64,000 bases of DNA. Origin: Syntrophales bacterium. Lineage in GTDB: Bacteria > Desulfobacterota > Syntrophia > Syntrophales > PHBD01. The translations under genes were made by a program, and so were the position numbers. The stretch's first letter is position 1. Every line of letters starts with the position of its first letter. This document shows, piece by piece, positions 20,301 to 28,527 of this stretch. The notes under the pieces were generated by a model that saw only the letters and a program-made list of their open reading frames with translations, was not told the DNA's origin and did no database searches. The DNA is taken from positions 4,288,001-4,352,000 of the forward strand of contig OY764159.1 of the NCBI GenBank assembly GCA_963668175.1. The letters run 5' to 3'.

Positions 20301-21053
20301 TCAAGTCTTACTATAGGCGCAAGACTGTTTTTTCATTTTACGCATTTTATTAATTTCCAGAAGTCGATCATTCTTTTCCAAATACTTTATAATATCGATC
20401 GTCCGAAAAAAATCATTCCCGAGGCCCTTTGCCAGCTCATTCAACAAAATCAAGTCTTCCGGATAATCTACGGTAAGCCTTATGTCCGGCCTCCTCAATT
20501 CAGGAGGGGGAACCAAGTTATAAACCCTGTAATCGCCCACATGGTCCCATATATAAGTTACAACATTCTCTCGATCCTTCTGGTGCGTTGCCAGTTTCTC
20601 TACACCATGTAATGTCTCGGCAGATAGAATATGAATATTGACTCCCACCGGATAGCCTTCTTCAAAATCATTGCACACATAATCATAACGACCGGTTACA
20701 GTTATTTCGATCATTTGGTCGATGATATCGGGATCATAGAACGGGCAATCGGCCCCGGCCTGAACAATGATATCTGCGTCCAGCATTCGGGCGGCTCTTG
20801 TTACTCTGTCGAGTACATCTTCTTCACTACCTCTGTAATATGGAAATCGTTTGCGTTCACACAGGTCCGCAATCGGATCATCCGATACGCTTCCCGTTGT
20901 GGCGACGACAAATCCGTCGATCCTTTTCGTCATATTTAGACGACTAATCGTCCATTCCAACACCGATCTTCCCTGCAATGCCTGCAATACCTTGCCGGGG
21001 AATCTTGTCGAAGACATTCTGGCTTCAATTGTTGAAACTACTTTCGGGTCCAT
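20301..21053 (-). CDS. SpsF-type cytidylyltransferase, copy 2
   Basis: TIEARMSSTRFPGKVL, RGSEEDVLDR, ADCP, RLTVDYPED. Confidence 0.92.
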   Translation of the reverse strand: MDPKVVSTIEARMSSTRFPGKVLQALQGRSVLEWTISRLNMTKRIDGFVVATTGSVSDDPIADLCERKRFPYYRGSEEDVLDRVTRAARMLDADIIVQAGADCPFYDPDIIDQMIEITVTGRYDYVCNDFEEGYPVGVNIHILSAETLHGVEKLATHQKDRENVVTYIWDHVGDYRVYNLVPPPELRRPDIRLTVDYPEDLILLNELAKGLGNDFFRTIDIIKYLEKNDRLLEINKMRKMKKQSCAYSKT

Positions 21054-21056
21054 AAT

Positions 21057-21719
21057 TCACCTGGTTGACAAGCAAGATACGATTTTCATGACTTCAAAGG
21101 ACTCTGCATAACGTACACCTATTCGAACACCCCTTACTCGTGCAAGACTTTCAATAGCATCCCTGGTAAAGTAATCAGCAGAGGTCACGGAAGGATCCTG
21201 TTGTGATCGATATACTTGAATAGCGTCAATCTTAGCCCGCAGAGCAGCTTCATCGATTTCAAAAAATAATGTTGGGATAAAACCTTCGCCGGCATTGATT
21301 ACCTCATATGCCAGCCGCGTCCGCCGGTTGAATGCCTTCTGGGCACACCTGCACACAGTCCTGTGGTCTTGATGGACGTCATTCATGCTTGGTGTGATCA
21401 CAATATCCGGTTTGATCTTTGAGTCGATATGATACATCTCCTCGAGGATCTGCTGTCTATGTTCCGGGAAAAGCTGCCCAGGAATGCCGTCCAGAATGAA
21501 CACATTTTCCCTCTTTACGCCCAGCATCTCGGACGCAGTGTACTGTTCATTAACATCGCGTATCTCCTGTATTTCATAACGCGAATTCTTTCTGTCCCGG
21601 CTCACAACCATGATGAAAATATCGGCCTTGCCTTGCAGTGTTTTTATCAATCCACCGCATCCAAATTCAATATCGTCCATATGAGATGATATACATAGAA
21701 TTTTTTTATTATGAAACAT
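21057..21719 (-). CDS. PIG-L/LmbE family N-deacetylase
   Basis: SHMDDIEFGCGG, DVHQDH, YRSQ, RGVRIGVRYAESF. Confidence 0.9.
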   Translation of the reverse strand: MFHNKKILCISSHMDDIEFGCGGLIKTLQGKADIFIMVVSRDRKNSRYEIQEIRDVNEQYTASEMLGVKRENVFILDGIPGQLFPEHRQQILEEMYHIDSKIKPDIVITPSMNDVHQDHRTVCRCAQKAFNRRTRLAYEVINAGEGFIPTLFFEIDEAALRAKIDAIQVYRSQQDPSVTSADYFTRDAIESLARVRGVRIGVRYAESFEVMKIVSCLSTR

Positions 21720-22735
21720 CAGTGAAGTACACCTCGCTCATACATTTCGTCAATTATTCTGTTCATTCCATTTCCAATATCGTATTCCGACATTTGCCGA
21801 ATCATTTCCTTTCTGAGCTTTCCGTCGGTAATGAGTTTTCCTAGGCTATTCTTGACCGTTTTCCGCTCCGGCAAATATCCGTCATACAGCGCAAAACCGA
21901 GTAATCGGATCAACTGGGCCGTCTCATCTTCAAACGCTTCATTGATCATGATATACATTGGCCTCTTACAGGTGGCAATTTCCCACATGGTTGTCCCGCC
22001 GGCGGTGATTGCAATATCACAACGGCCAATCAAGTCTGCGAGGTTGCCAGGATTCCTATGCATCCTGAATACCGGCTTCTGCGACGCAATATGCTCTATT
22101 TCCTCAATCGCTTCTTCTTTGAATGCCGGACCGATAACAACGTCGACTACAAATCTTTTTCCTATCTCGCTTCTTAAACAGTACAATGCATCCATAAGAA
22201 ACGGCGTTTTGTTCGTAGTATCAGCACCGCCTTGCGTTAAGAGTATCCTCTCAACTTCACGATTAACCGATGCCTCAACAAATTGATAACTTTCGGCAAT
22301 TATGACATACTTGAAGCCCTCGTATAATGCATGATGCATCATCTGCCTTTTGATATCGTCAGGATGGTAATACATGACATTGAATATCATATCGCAATCG
22401 TAGGCGCTGACATCCGTATTATCAAAGGTAACAATTTTGATATTATGTTTCTTTAACGACCTGATATACTCAATGCTTGTTTTCATTATATCCAATATGA
22501 GCAGATCAGGCTTAAACGACTCGATAGATTCATCAATGCTCGCAAGCGTATCGCCATCTATTTGCATGAATATTAAATCGTTTCGAGACAGCAGTTTCGC
22601 AACGGTCCCATTTTTCCTGGTTACAAACATGACCTCGTGATTCAATCTCTTCAATTCTTTCGCAAGGGTCATTTGTTTTGATATATGTCCAAGTCCTCTT
22701 TCAAAACTGCCGTCCGCCCTAATCAGCACTTTCAT
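21719..22735 (-). CDS. pseG: PseG/SpsG-like UDP-sugar hydrolase
   Basis: IRADG...GLGH (catalytic His), TQGGAD, TAGGTTMWE; adjacent to a neuB-like gene. Confidence 0.8.
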   Translation of the reverse strand: MKVLIRADGSFERGLGHISKQMTLAKELKRLNHEVMFVTRKNGTVAKLLSRNDLIFMQIDGDTLASIDESIESFKPDLLILDIMKTSIEYIRSLKKHNIKIVTFDNTDVSAYDCDMIFNVMYYHPDDIKRQMMHHALYEGFKYVIIAESYQFVEASVNREVERILLTQGGADTTNKTPFLMDALYCLRSEIGKRFVVDVVIGPAFKEEAIEEIEHIASQKPVFRMHRNPGNLADLIGRCDIAITAGGTTMWEIATCKRPMYIMINEAFEDETAQLIRLLGFALYDGYLPERKTVKNSLGKLITDGKLRKEMIRQMSEYDIGNGMNRIIDEMYERGVLH

Positions 22736-23778
22736 AATTTGAAATGATCCCAGGTCAGAATATCGTCTTCTTCGATACTTTTCGCTATGATCCTTCCGGT
22801 AATCATATCGGCATATTTAGGCTCAATGCCCAAACCCGGCCTCTTGATATCAAAACTGTCTTTCACGATAACATCGCCGGCTTTCAGCGCTTTTTTCATG
22901 ACAATGCTTTTCCTGTTATTCATCCGCGTTATTGATTCGGAAATCGCCGGTCTCTTGATTCCGTTACCCAGCGCGATTTCAATGCTTCGGACTTTTTCCA
23001 CCATTTTCTCGAATTCTTCCGGCAACAGGGAAATGGCATGATCCGGCCCCTCGGCCCCCTTATCATAAGTGAAATGCTTCTCAATCACTCGCGCTCCCAG
23101 CACGACTGCACCGATTACGAGATCATCGTAAGGCGAGTGATCCGAGAAACCGACAGGAATCGGGTAAAATTCGTCGATCATGGTTTTGATAACGCGTAAG
23201 TTGGCCGAATCATAATCAGCCGGATAATTCGTCACACAATGCAAAAGGCAGATATCCATATTACCTGCCCGAAGAATTGTCTCGACTGCTTCTTTGACTT
23301 CACCCATTGTACTCATGCCCGTAGATAACATCACCGGCTTGTGAAGTGTCGATACTTGTTTTATAAACGGTAAGTTCGTTACGTCATCCGAACCGATTTT
23401 ATATATAGGGCAGTTCAACTTTGATAACAACTCACAGTCCGTATAATGGCTCGGTGTCGAAAATAATAGAACGTTTTTTGATTTCGCATACGCGAAGATT
23501 TCCTGCTGGATCTTATCATCAATCTGATATCTTAGAAACGACTCATACTGCGATACGTTACCCGTATATTTCATTCCATCAGCCGAAAACATCGCTTTCT
23601 TACTGGACAGGGTTGATGCTTTATATGTCTGTATTTTAACAGCATTTGCACCAGACGCCACCGCAAGATCCATAAGCTTGATGCCAGTTTCGGCATCAAG
23701 GAAATTCCCTCCAATTTCAGCTATAAAGAATGTCTTGTCGCCTAAAAGTTTATCAAAATAATTGCTCATAATTGACAT
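22732..23778 (-). CDS. neuB: nonulosonic acid synthase, NeuB/SpsE-like (divergent N-terminal motif)
   Basis: AEIGGN, VKIQ, KIGSDD, STGMS, HCVTNYP, GFSDHS, EKHFT, PDH, SAF domain (RKSIV...KRPGLG). Confidence 0.92.
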   Translation of the reverse strand: MSIMSNYFDKLLGDKTFFIAEIGGNFLDAETGIKLMDLAVASGANAVKIQTYKASTLSSKKAMFSADGMKYTGNVSQYESFLRYQIDDKIQQEIFAYAKSKNVLLFSTPSHYTDCELLSKLNCPIYKIGSDDVTNLPFIKQVSTLHKPVMLSTGMSTMGEVKEAVETILRAGNMDICLLHCVTNYPADYDSANLRVIKTMIDEFYPIPVGFSDHSPYDDLVIGAVVLGARVIEKHFTYDKGAEGPDHAISLLPEEFEKMVEKVRSIEIALGNGIKRPAISESITRMNNRKSIVMKKALKAGDVIVKDSFDIKRPGLGIEPKYADMITGRIIAKSIEEDDILTWDHFKL

Positions 23779-24478
23779 CCTTTAAGAAATTGACGGATTC
23801 TTTGCCGTAATTGAACAGCAGGTCGATGATGCTCATTCCTTCCAGAAAATTACCGTGAAACTGCTCATATTGCGGATGATTGAAATTCTGAAACAACACG
23901 GTAATGCCGTTTTCGGTCATCACTTTATGATCGAGATACACCTTTCCGGATTGCCCTGAGAGATAGGTATCACAGCCGCTCTTCTTGATCAGATCGACTA
24001 GCAAGTATTCTTTGGCAGAAGCCATTGCCAGCTGAGACTGAATGATGACATCCTTATTCATATCCAAATATTTCATAATGGCCAAAATCAGACATATATT
24101 GATATCGCAGAGTTTGTCCGTATTCTGGTTAATGCAGCTTTCAATCATCTCGTAGACTTCCGGAAAAAATTTCGATTTCTGATATGACATTTTCACAGAC
24201 TTCAGCAAGACGTCCTTCCAGCGCTTCTCCCCCTCACTGTTGATATCAACGTCACATATCTTTTGCCCGAATCGCCCCTTCATGAATACCGGAATCTTTA
24301 TCCATGTCCAGCCTTGCTCACTTAGAACCCGTATTTTGTTTCTGTTTTCAAAATGGTTCTTTTTGAACTGAACGTCATCCATAATGATGAACACATCCGA
24401 TTGCCACACCTTGTTAAAGAATCCCAGCCAGGGAATGAATTCCGGCTGATGGATCGTGACTATTCGTCCCTTGTTCAT
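23753..24478 (-). CDS. WbqC family protein (putative aminoacyl/glycyl transferase)
   Basis: IHQPEFIPWLGFF, DDVQF...NRNKI, YLSGQSG, SIIDLLFNYG. Start ATG 24478 (ATGA overlap). Confidence 0.92.
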   Translation of the reverse strand: MNKGRIVTIHQPEFIPWLGFFNKVWQSDVFIIMDDVQFKKNHFENRNKIRVLSEQGWTWIKIPVFMKGRFGQKICDVDINSEGEKRWKDVLLKSVKMSYQKSKFFPEVYEMIESCINQNTDKLCDINICLILAIMKYLDMNKDVIIQSQLAMASAKEYLLVDLIKKSGCDTYLSGQSGKVYLDHKVMTENGITVLFQNFNHPQYEQFHGNFLEGMSIIDLLFNYGKESVNFLKDVNYEQLF

Positions 24479-25152
24479 TTCAGCCTCTCCCAATATTCTA
24501 TGATGTCGTGAATGGTAATGGTCTTTATGTTATCAAAAGAATTGTAATATTTCTCAATGATACGGAAATCGTCGATTGTGTCCAGTGTAATCCGTACATC
24601 CGGCCGATTCAATTCTATCGGTGCGGATAATAGGTTAACCCGGAAATCACTCTCATTTTCCAATATGTATTCCAGGACATGCTCAAAGTGGTTCTGCTTA
24701 TAGGATAACGCATGACATCTCTCCAGTGCCTCGAACGAAACGATTTCTTCCTGCACACCAATAGGGTATCCATCGGAATATGTATAATCGGCAGTTTTTT
24801 CCATGTGACTGTCATACATGGCGTTCAGTAACTCAATGCTCGTGAGGGGATCATCCGCGGTGGCCCGAATAACCTGATCCGCATTGTATTCCTTTGCACA
24901 AAGATAATATCTCTCCAGCACATTATCCTCCGAACCGCGAAATACCTTTACGCCTGCATTTCCGGCTATCGCGCAGGTAAGATCGTCCGCCTCGGTGCTT
25001 GTAGTCGCAACAATAATGTCATCCGCACGGTCGAACATTTTCAGGCGATCAATAACATGCTCAAGCACCGTCCGGCCTTTTAATCTCATGGCAATCTTGC
25101 CGGGCAATCTCGATGAATTCATGCGGGCCTGCAGGATAATATCCGTCTTCAT
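24475..25152 (-). CDS. SpsF-type cytidylyltransferase, copy 1
   Basis: ILQARMNSSRLPGK, RGSEDNVLERY, RATADDP, EHV, RITLDT. Confidence 0.92.
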   Translation of the reverse strand: MKTDIILQARMNSSRLPGKIAMRLKGRTVLEHVIDRLKMFDRADDIIVATTSTEADDLTCAIAGNAGVKVFRGSEDNVLERYYLCAKEYNADQVIRATADDPLTSIELLNAMYDSHMEKTADYTYSDGYPIGVQEEIVSFEALERCHALSYKQNHFEHVLEYILENESDFRVNLLSAPIELNRPDVRITLDTIDDFRIIEKYYNSFDNIKTITIHDIIEYWERLK

Positions 25153-26234
25153 TATTCACCAATAATTTGAGACCTGTTCTTGTAGTTTTCTATCAGTACT
25201 CTTCTTCCCTTGACATCGGCCTCTTCGTATTCCCTCACGCGCGGTATCTGACATGTCCGGCACGTATAATATTTTTTCAATGCATTGCAGGACGTATGAT
25301 ACTCTCTGATTTCCTCCATCCGTTTGCCGCGCCATAATTCGGATATAGTCATCCCATTTGCATCTCCGATATCCATTTCCCCAAGTTGATCATTGGCGCA
25401 CATCAAGACCTTTCCGTCTGAGGCGATGACAAGGCGCTGAAAAGGTTGATAACAGACGAAGTCGGACATGTATTCTATCTTTTCCGGGTCATCGCAGGAT
25501 AGATAATCCACCAGGGGATTCGTATAAATCAGATCGGATAACGGTGTGAAATAATCAATATAGGCATCAATATTTTGCTTCACGGCAGGCCATATGCCTT
25601 GAATCTTTATTGCCGGTTTCTGATAATTCAACTCCTTCCTGACCCCCATCAGGTTATTCATAGCCCGCATGATCCCTTTGAATGTAACCGGTTTCCTTAT
25701 GCCTTCATATACCGCGTCGACACCGTCAATGGACACGGTAATCCAATCCAGTCCGGCCGTAATCATACTCTTGCAGAAATCTCTGTCTAACAGTTTCTTC
25801 CCGTTCGTTAATGTGGAGACCTCTTTTATGCCTTTCTCTTTTGCGTATTTAATACAATCAATGAACCGCTTGTGAAGGAGTGCTTCTCCCCTCAGGCTTA
25901 AACGAATTGAGAAAACATTACCATCAACACATTCATTTACGATTTTTTTGAAGAGTTCATAGTCCATAAAACCGACGTTTACCCGGGATTTGAAGTCCTC
26001 GGTAATCGTATAACACATGGGACAGCGTAGATTACATATTGAAGAAAGCTCTATATCGACATGAAGTGGATAATCTGAGACGAACCGGCGATCCGGAAAT
26101 TCCTGCCATTCCGCCCGATTCCGCCGATACGCTTCTTCGTTACCGAAGGCCCTTCTCTGGTTGAAGAGGATTTCCCGTTCTTCCGTGTCTATGCTTTGCT
26201 GAACATTGTTTACTTTAAGCTTATCTTTCGCCAT
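25152..26234 (-). CDS. radical SAM protein with SPASM/twitch domain
   Basis: CNLRCPMC (CxxxCxxC), GEALL, TLTNG, SIDG; C-terminal CYQPF...DGKVLMCAND...CRTC. Confidence 0.92.
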   Translation of the reverse strand: MAKDKLKVNNVQQSIDTEEREILFNQRRAFGNEEAYRRNRAEWQEFPDRRFVSDYPLHVDIELSSICNLRCPMCYTITEDFKSRVNVGFMDYELFKKIVNECVDGNVFSIRLSLRGEALLHKRFIDCIKYAKEKGIKEVSTLTNGKKLLDRDFCKSMITAGLDWITVSIDGVDAVYEGIRKPVTFKGIMRAMNNLMGVRKELNYQKPAIKIQGIWPAVKQNIDAYIDYFTPLSDLIYTNPLVDYLSCDDPEKIEYMSDFVCYQPFQRLVIASDGKVLMCANDQLGEMDIGDANGMTISELWRGKRMEEIREYHTSCNALKKYYTCRTCQIPRVREYEEADVKGRRVLIENYKNRSQIIGE

Positions 26235-26240
26235 ATCTCA

Positions 26241-27248
26241 TTATTTACACTGGATGCTCTTTCCATTTTGTTTTCCAGATTCGCGGATCATGTCCAAAAT
26301 GGCTATATCCCTTATCGCTTCTTTTGCAAAATCACTCAATCCAACTTTCCCGGCCAGCACACTATCTAATACGTTTCTGAACATATAATTCATGGCAAAG
26401 CTCATGTTTCCCGGAATCGACTCTGGCGCACCCAAGGATCTGAACCCGGGATAAATTGGATATTCTTCAACATGCTGAATAAAGATATCAAAGCCGTTAT
26501 TTTGTATTTTTAATCTTCCTTTTGAACACAGAATGTCTATCTCAAAAATACTGTAACAATATCCATCTTTGTCGCACGCCTGAACTACCGCTTGACATGC
26601 ATTGTCGAAACCCAATATAAAGTCAACGGATTGATCGGAATCATCCGATACGGCGGGCTCCCCCGGAATCGCCGCGACCCACTCCACTTCGCCCAACAAC
26701 ATCCGTAACGTATCGATCATGGTGCAGCCTATATGAAGAAGGCCTTTAACGTAATAAGCAGAGACGGCTTGTATTCTTCCTAATGAACCGCTTCTCAGCA
26801 TCTCGGCGATTTTGAGGTGCGACGGTTCCACTCTTCTCTGATTATTGACCGTAATAAAAACTCTGCTGTTTTCCGCTAGCCTCTCAAGATCGAGGCATTC
26901 TTGCAGCGTCACGGCAAAAGGTTTTTCCACGATCACGGCTTTCAGTTTTCCGGGGCTTCGGAGTATTTGTTTAAGAATAGGGTAATGTGTGTTGTCGGGC
27001 GTACAGATACTGATAGCGTCGAGACTGTCATGGGATAAGAGTTCTTCAATATTATTATAAACGACTTCAACTCCCCAGAAGGCACGGAAAGCCTTAAGCC
27101 GCTCTTCATTTACATCACATGCTGCAACGAGCTCAAATCCATCTAAGGATTTATAAGCTCCTGCATGTGAATATACTCCTTCCTTCTTCTTCTCTTCATC
27201 CTGTTTAGACCCAATCGCCCCTAGTCCGATTATGCCGCCACGTAACAA
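26241..27248 (-). CDS. Gfo/Idh/MocA oxidoreductase
   Basis: IIGLGAIG, SICTPDNTH, VEKP, VNNQRR. Confidence 0.88.
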   Translation of the reverse strand: MLRGGIIGLGAIGSKQDEEKKKEGVYSHAGAYKSLDGFELVAACDVNEERLKAFRAFWGVEVVYNNIEELLSHDSLDAISICTPDNTHYPILKQILRSPGKLKAVIVEKPFAVTLQECLDLERLAENSRVFITVNNQRRVEPSHLKIAEMLRSGSLGRIQAVSAYYVKGLLHIGCTMIDTLRMLLGEVEWVAAIPGEPAVSDDSDQSVDFILGFDNACQAVVQACDKDGYCYSIFEIDILCSKGRLKIQNNGFDIFIQHVEEYPIYPGFRSLGAPESIPGNMSFAMNYMFRNVLDSVLAGKVGLSDFAKEAIRDIAILDMIRESGKQNGKSIQCK

Positions 27249-27291
27249 GTTTAATCCGTTCCCTTCCTGATCTTAAATGAAAATATAAGGA

Positions 27292-28527
27292 TTAATGTTT
27301 CGCTTCTAATAAATCACCGATCAACTTCATACAATTGTCTAAGCCGGTCCCTGCAATTATATTCCCAAAGTAACGCATTCTGTTTTCTTCGATCATCTTT
27401 TTTGTGTGTCCATCTTCAAGCATACTCTTTACGCATTTTTCCAGATCGCTGTAACTTGTCGCCTCCAGACAGACATTGAATCGATACAACGGTATTGGAT
27501 TGGCTATTCCCATAAGATTGAGTTGAATGAGCGGTGTTCCCATTAATATTGATTCAAGCCCAACCGTGGAATAAATCGTAATTGCAATATCAGATACGAA
27601 AATTATCTTCCTTACCGGAATATTTGATAATACTACTCTTGGATGATTTCTCTTTCTCAAAAAATCTATATAAGGCCGGTCGTCGTCACCAGGATGATTC
27701 TTCACAACTAGATAGTGTTCAGGATATCGTTCGAGCAATGCAATCATCATATCAATCATCGCCCACGTGCAGTCCTTTTGCGGTTGTGTTGCCAATAAGA
27801 ATACCTTTGCGTTAGCCGGTAGAGATAACTCCCTGAGAATAGTACCCCGGTCGAATTCCTTCATTTCGTTTGTGATAAGATCAAATACGGGAGATCCTGT
27901 TACTACAATATTGTCAGGAGGATTCCCCTGATTAATCAGATTTTCACGGGTAATTTCGCTAATCACGGCAATCTTGTCAGCCGGAAATATATATTTCTTA
28001 TCAAAACCCAATAAATCATTCAGGCTCAATACTTTGATGCCGTCTTTTCTTGCTACGGTCATTGCCGCTCTTTCCATTCGAGGACAATTGCCGGTAACCA
28101 GCAGATCGGGCTTTTCATAATCCAGAATCCGCCCCATCGTAAATGACGGGATGAAACAATTTTTACCTTCTGTTTCAAGCAGTCGCAAGGCGCGCTCTTC
28201 TCCTTCACTTTGGGCGAGATCGCGCATCGATGATCCGAAGTAGACCACCGTCTCTTCGTACTTTATGCCCTTGCCTTCCACGTGATTCTTTTCTGCCAAT
28301 CTCTTACCAAGAACCCACGCCTTGTCGTCCATGATGATATCTCTGTAATCCAAGAGGGTATGGTGGTTTATACCAGCATTCCGCAAGGCCTCCGAAGCAA
28401 TTGAAAGCGCAAGAATTGACAAGGTTATGTCGTCTTTTTTTTGCAGCTCCTTTATGATGGGTATCATGATATTCACATGACCACCACCGTATGTAACCAC
28501 GAATATCTTTTTCTTCACTCTTACCAC
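27292..28527 (-). CDS. GT-B fold protein (UDP-GlcNAc 2-epimerase/TagF-like superfamily), candidate ulosonate transferase
   Basis: VTYGGGH, VVTGSPVFD, VKNHPGD, ITIYSTVGLESILMGTP. Confidence 0.6.
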   Translation of the reverse strand: MVRVKKKIFVVTYGGGHVNIMIPIIKELQKKDDITLSILALSIASEALRNAGINHHTLLDYRDIIMDDKAWVLGKRLAEKNHVEGKGIKYEETVVYFGSSMRDLAQSEGEERALRLLETEGKNCFIPSFTMGRILDYEKPDLLVTGNCPRMERAAMTVARKDGIKVLSLNDLLGFDKKYIFPADKIAVISEITRENLINQGNPPDNIVVTGSPVFDLITNEMKEFDRGTILRELSLPANAKVFLLATQPQKDCTWAMIDMMIALLERYPEHYLVVKNHPGDDDRPYIDFLRKRNHPRVVLSNIPVRKIIFVSDIAITIYSTVGLESILMGTPLIQLNLMGIANPIPLYRFNVCLEATSYSDLEKCVKSMLEDGHTKKMIEENRMRYFGNIIAGTGLDNCMKLIGDLLEAKH

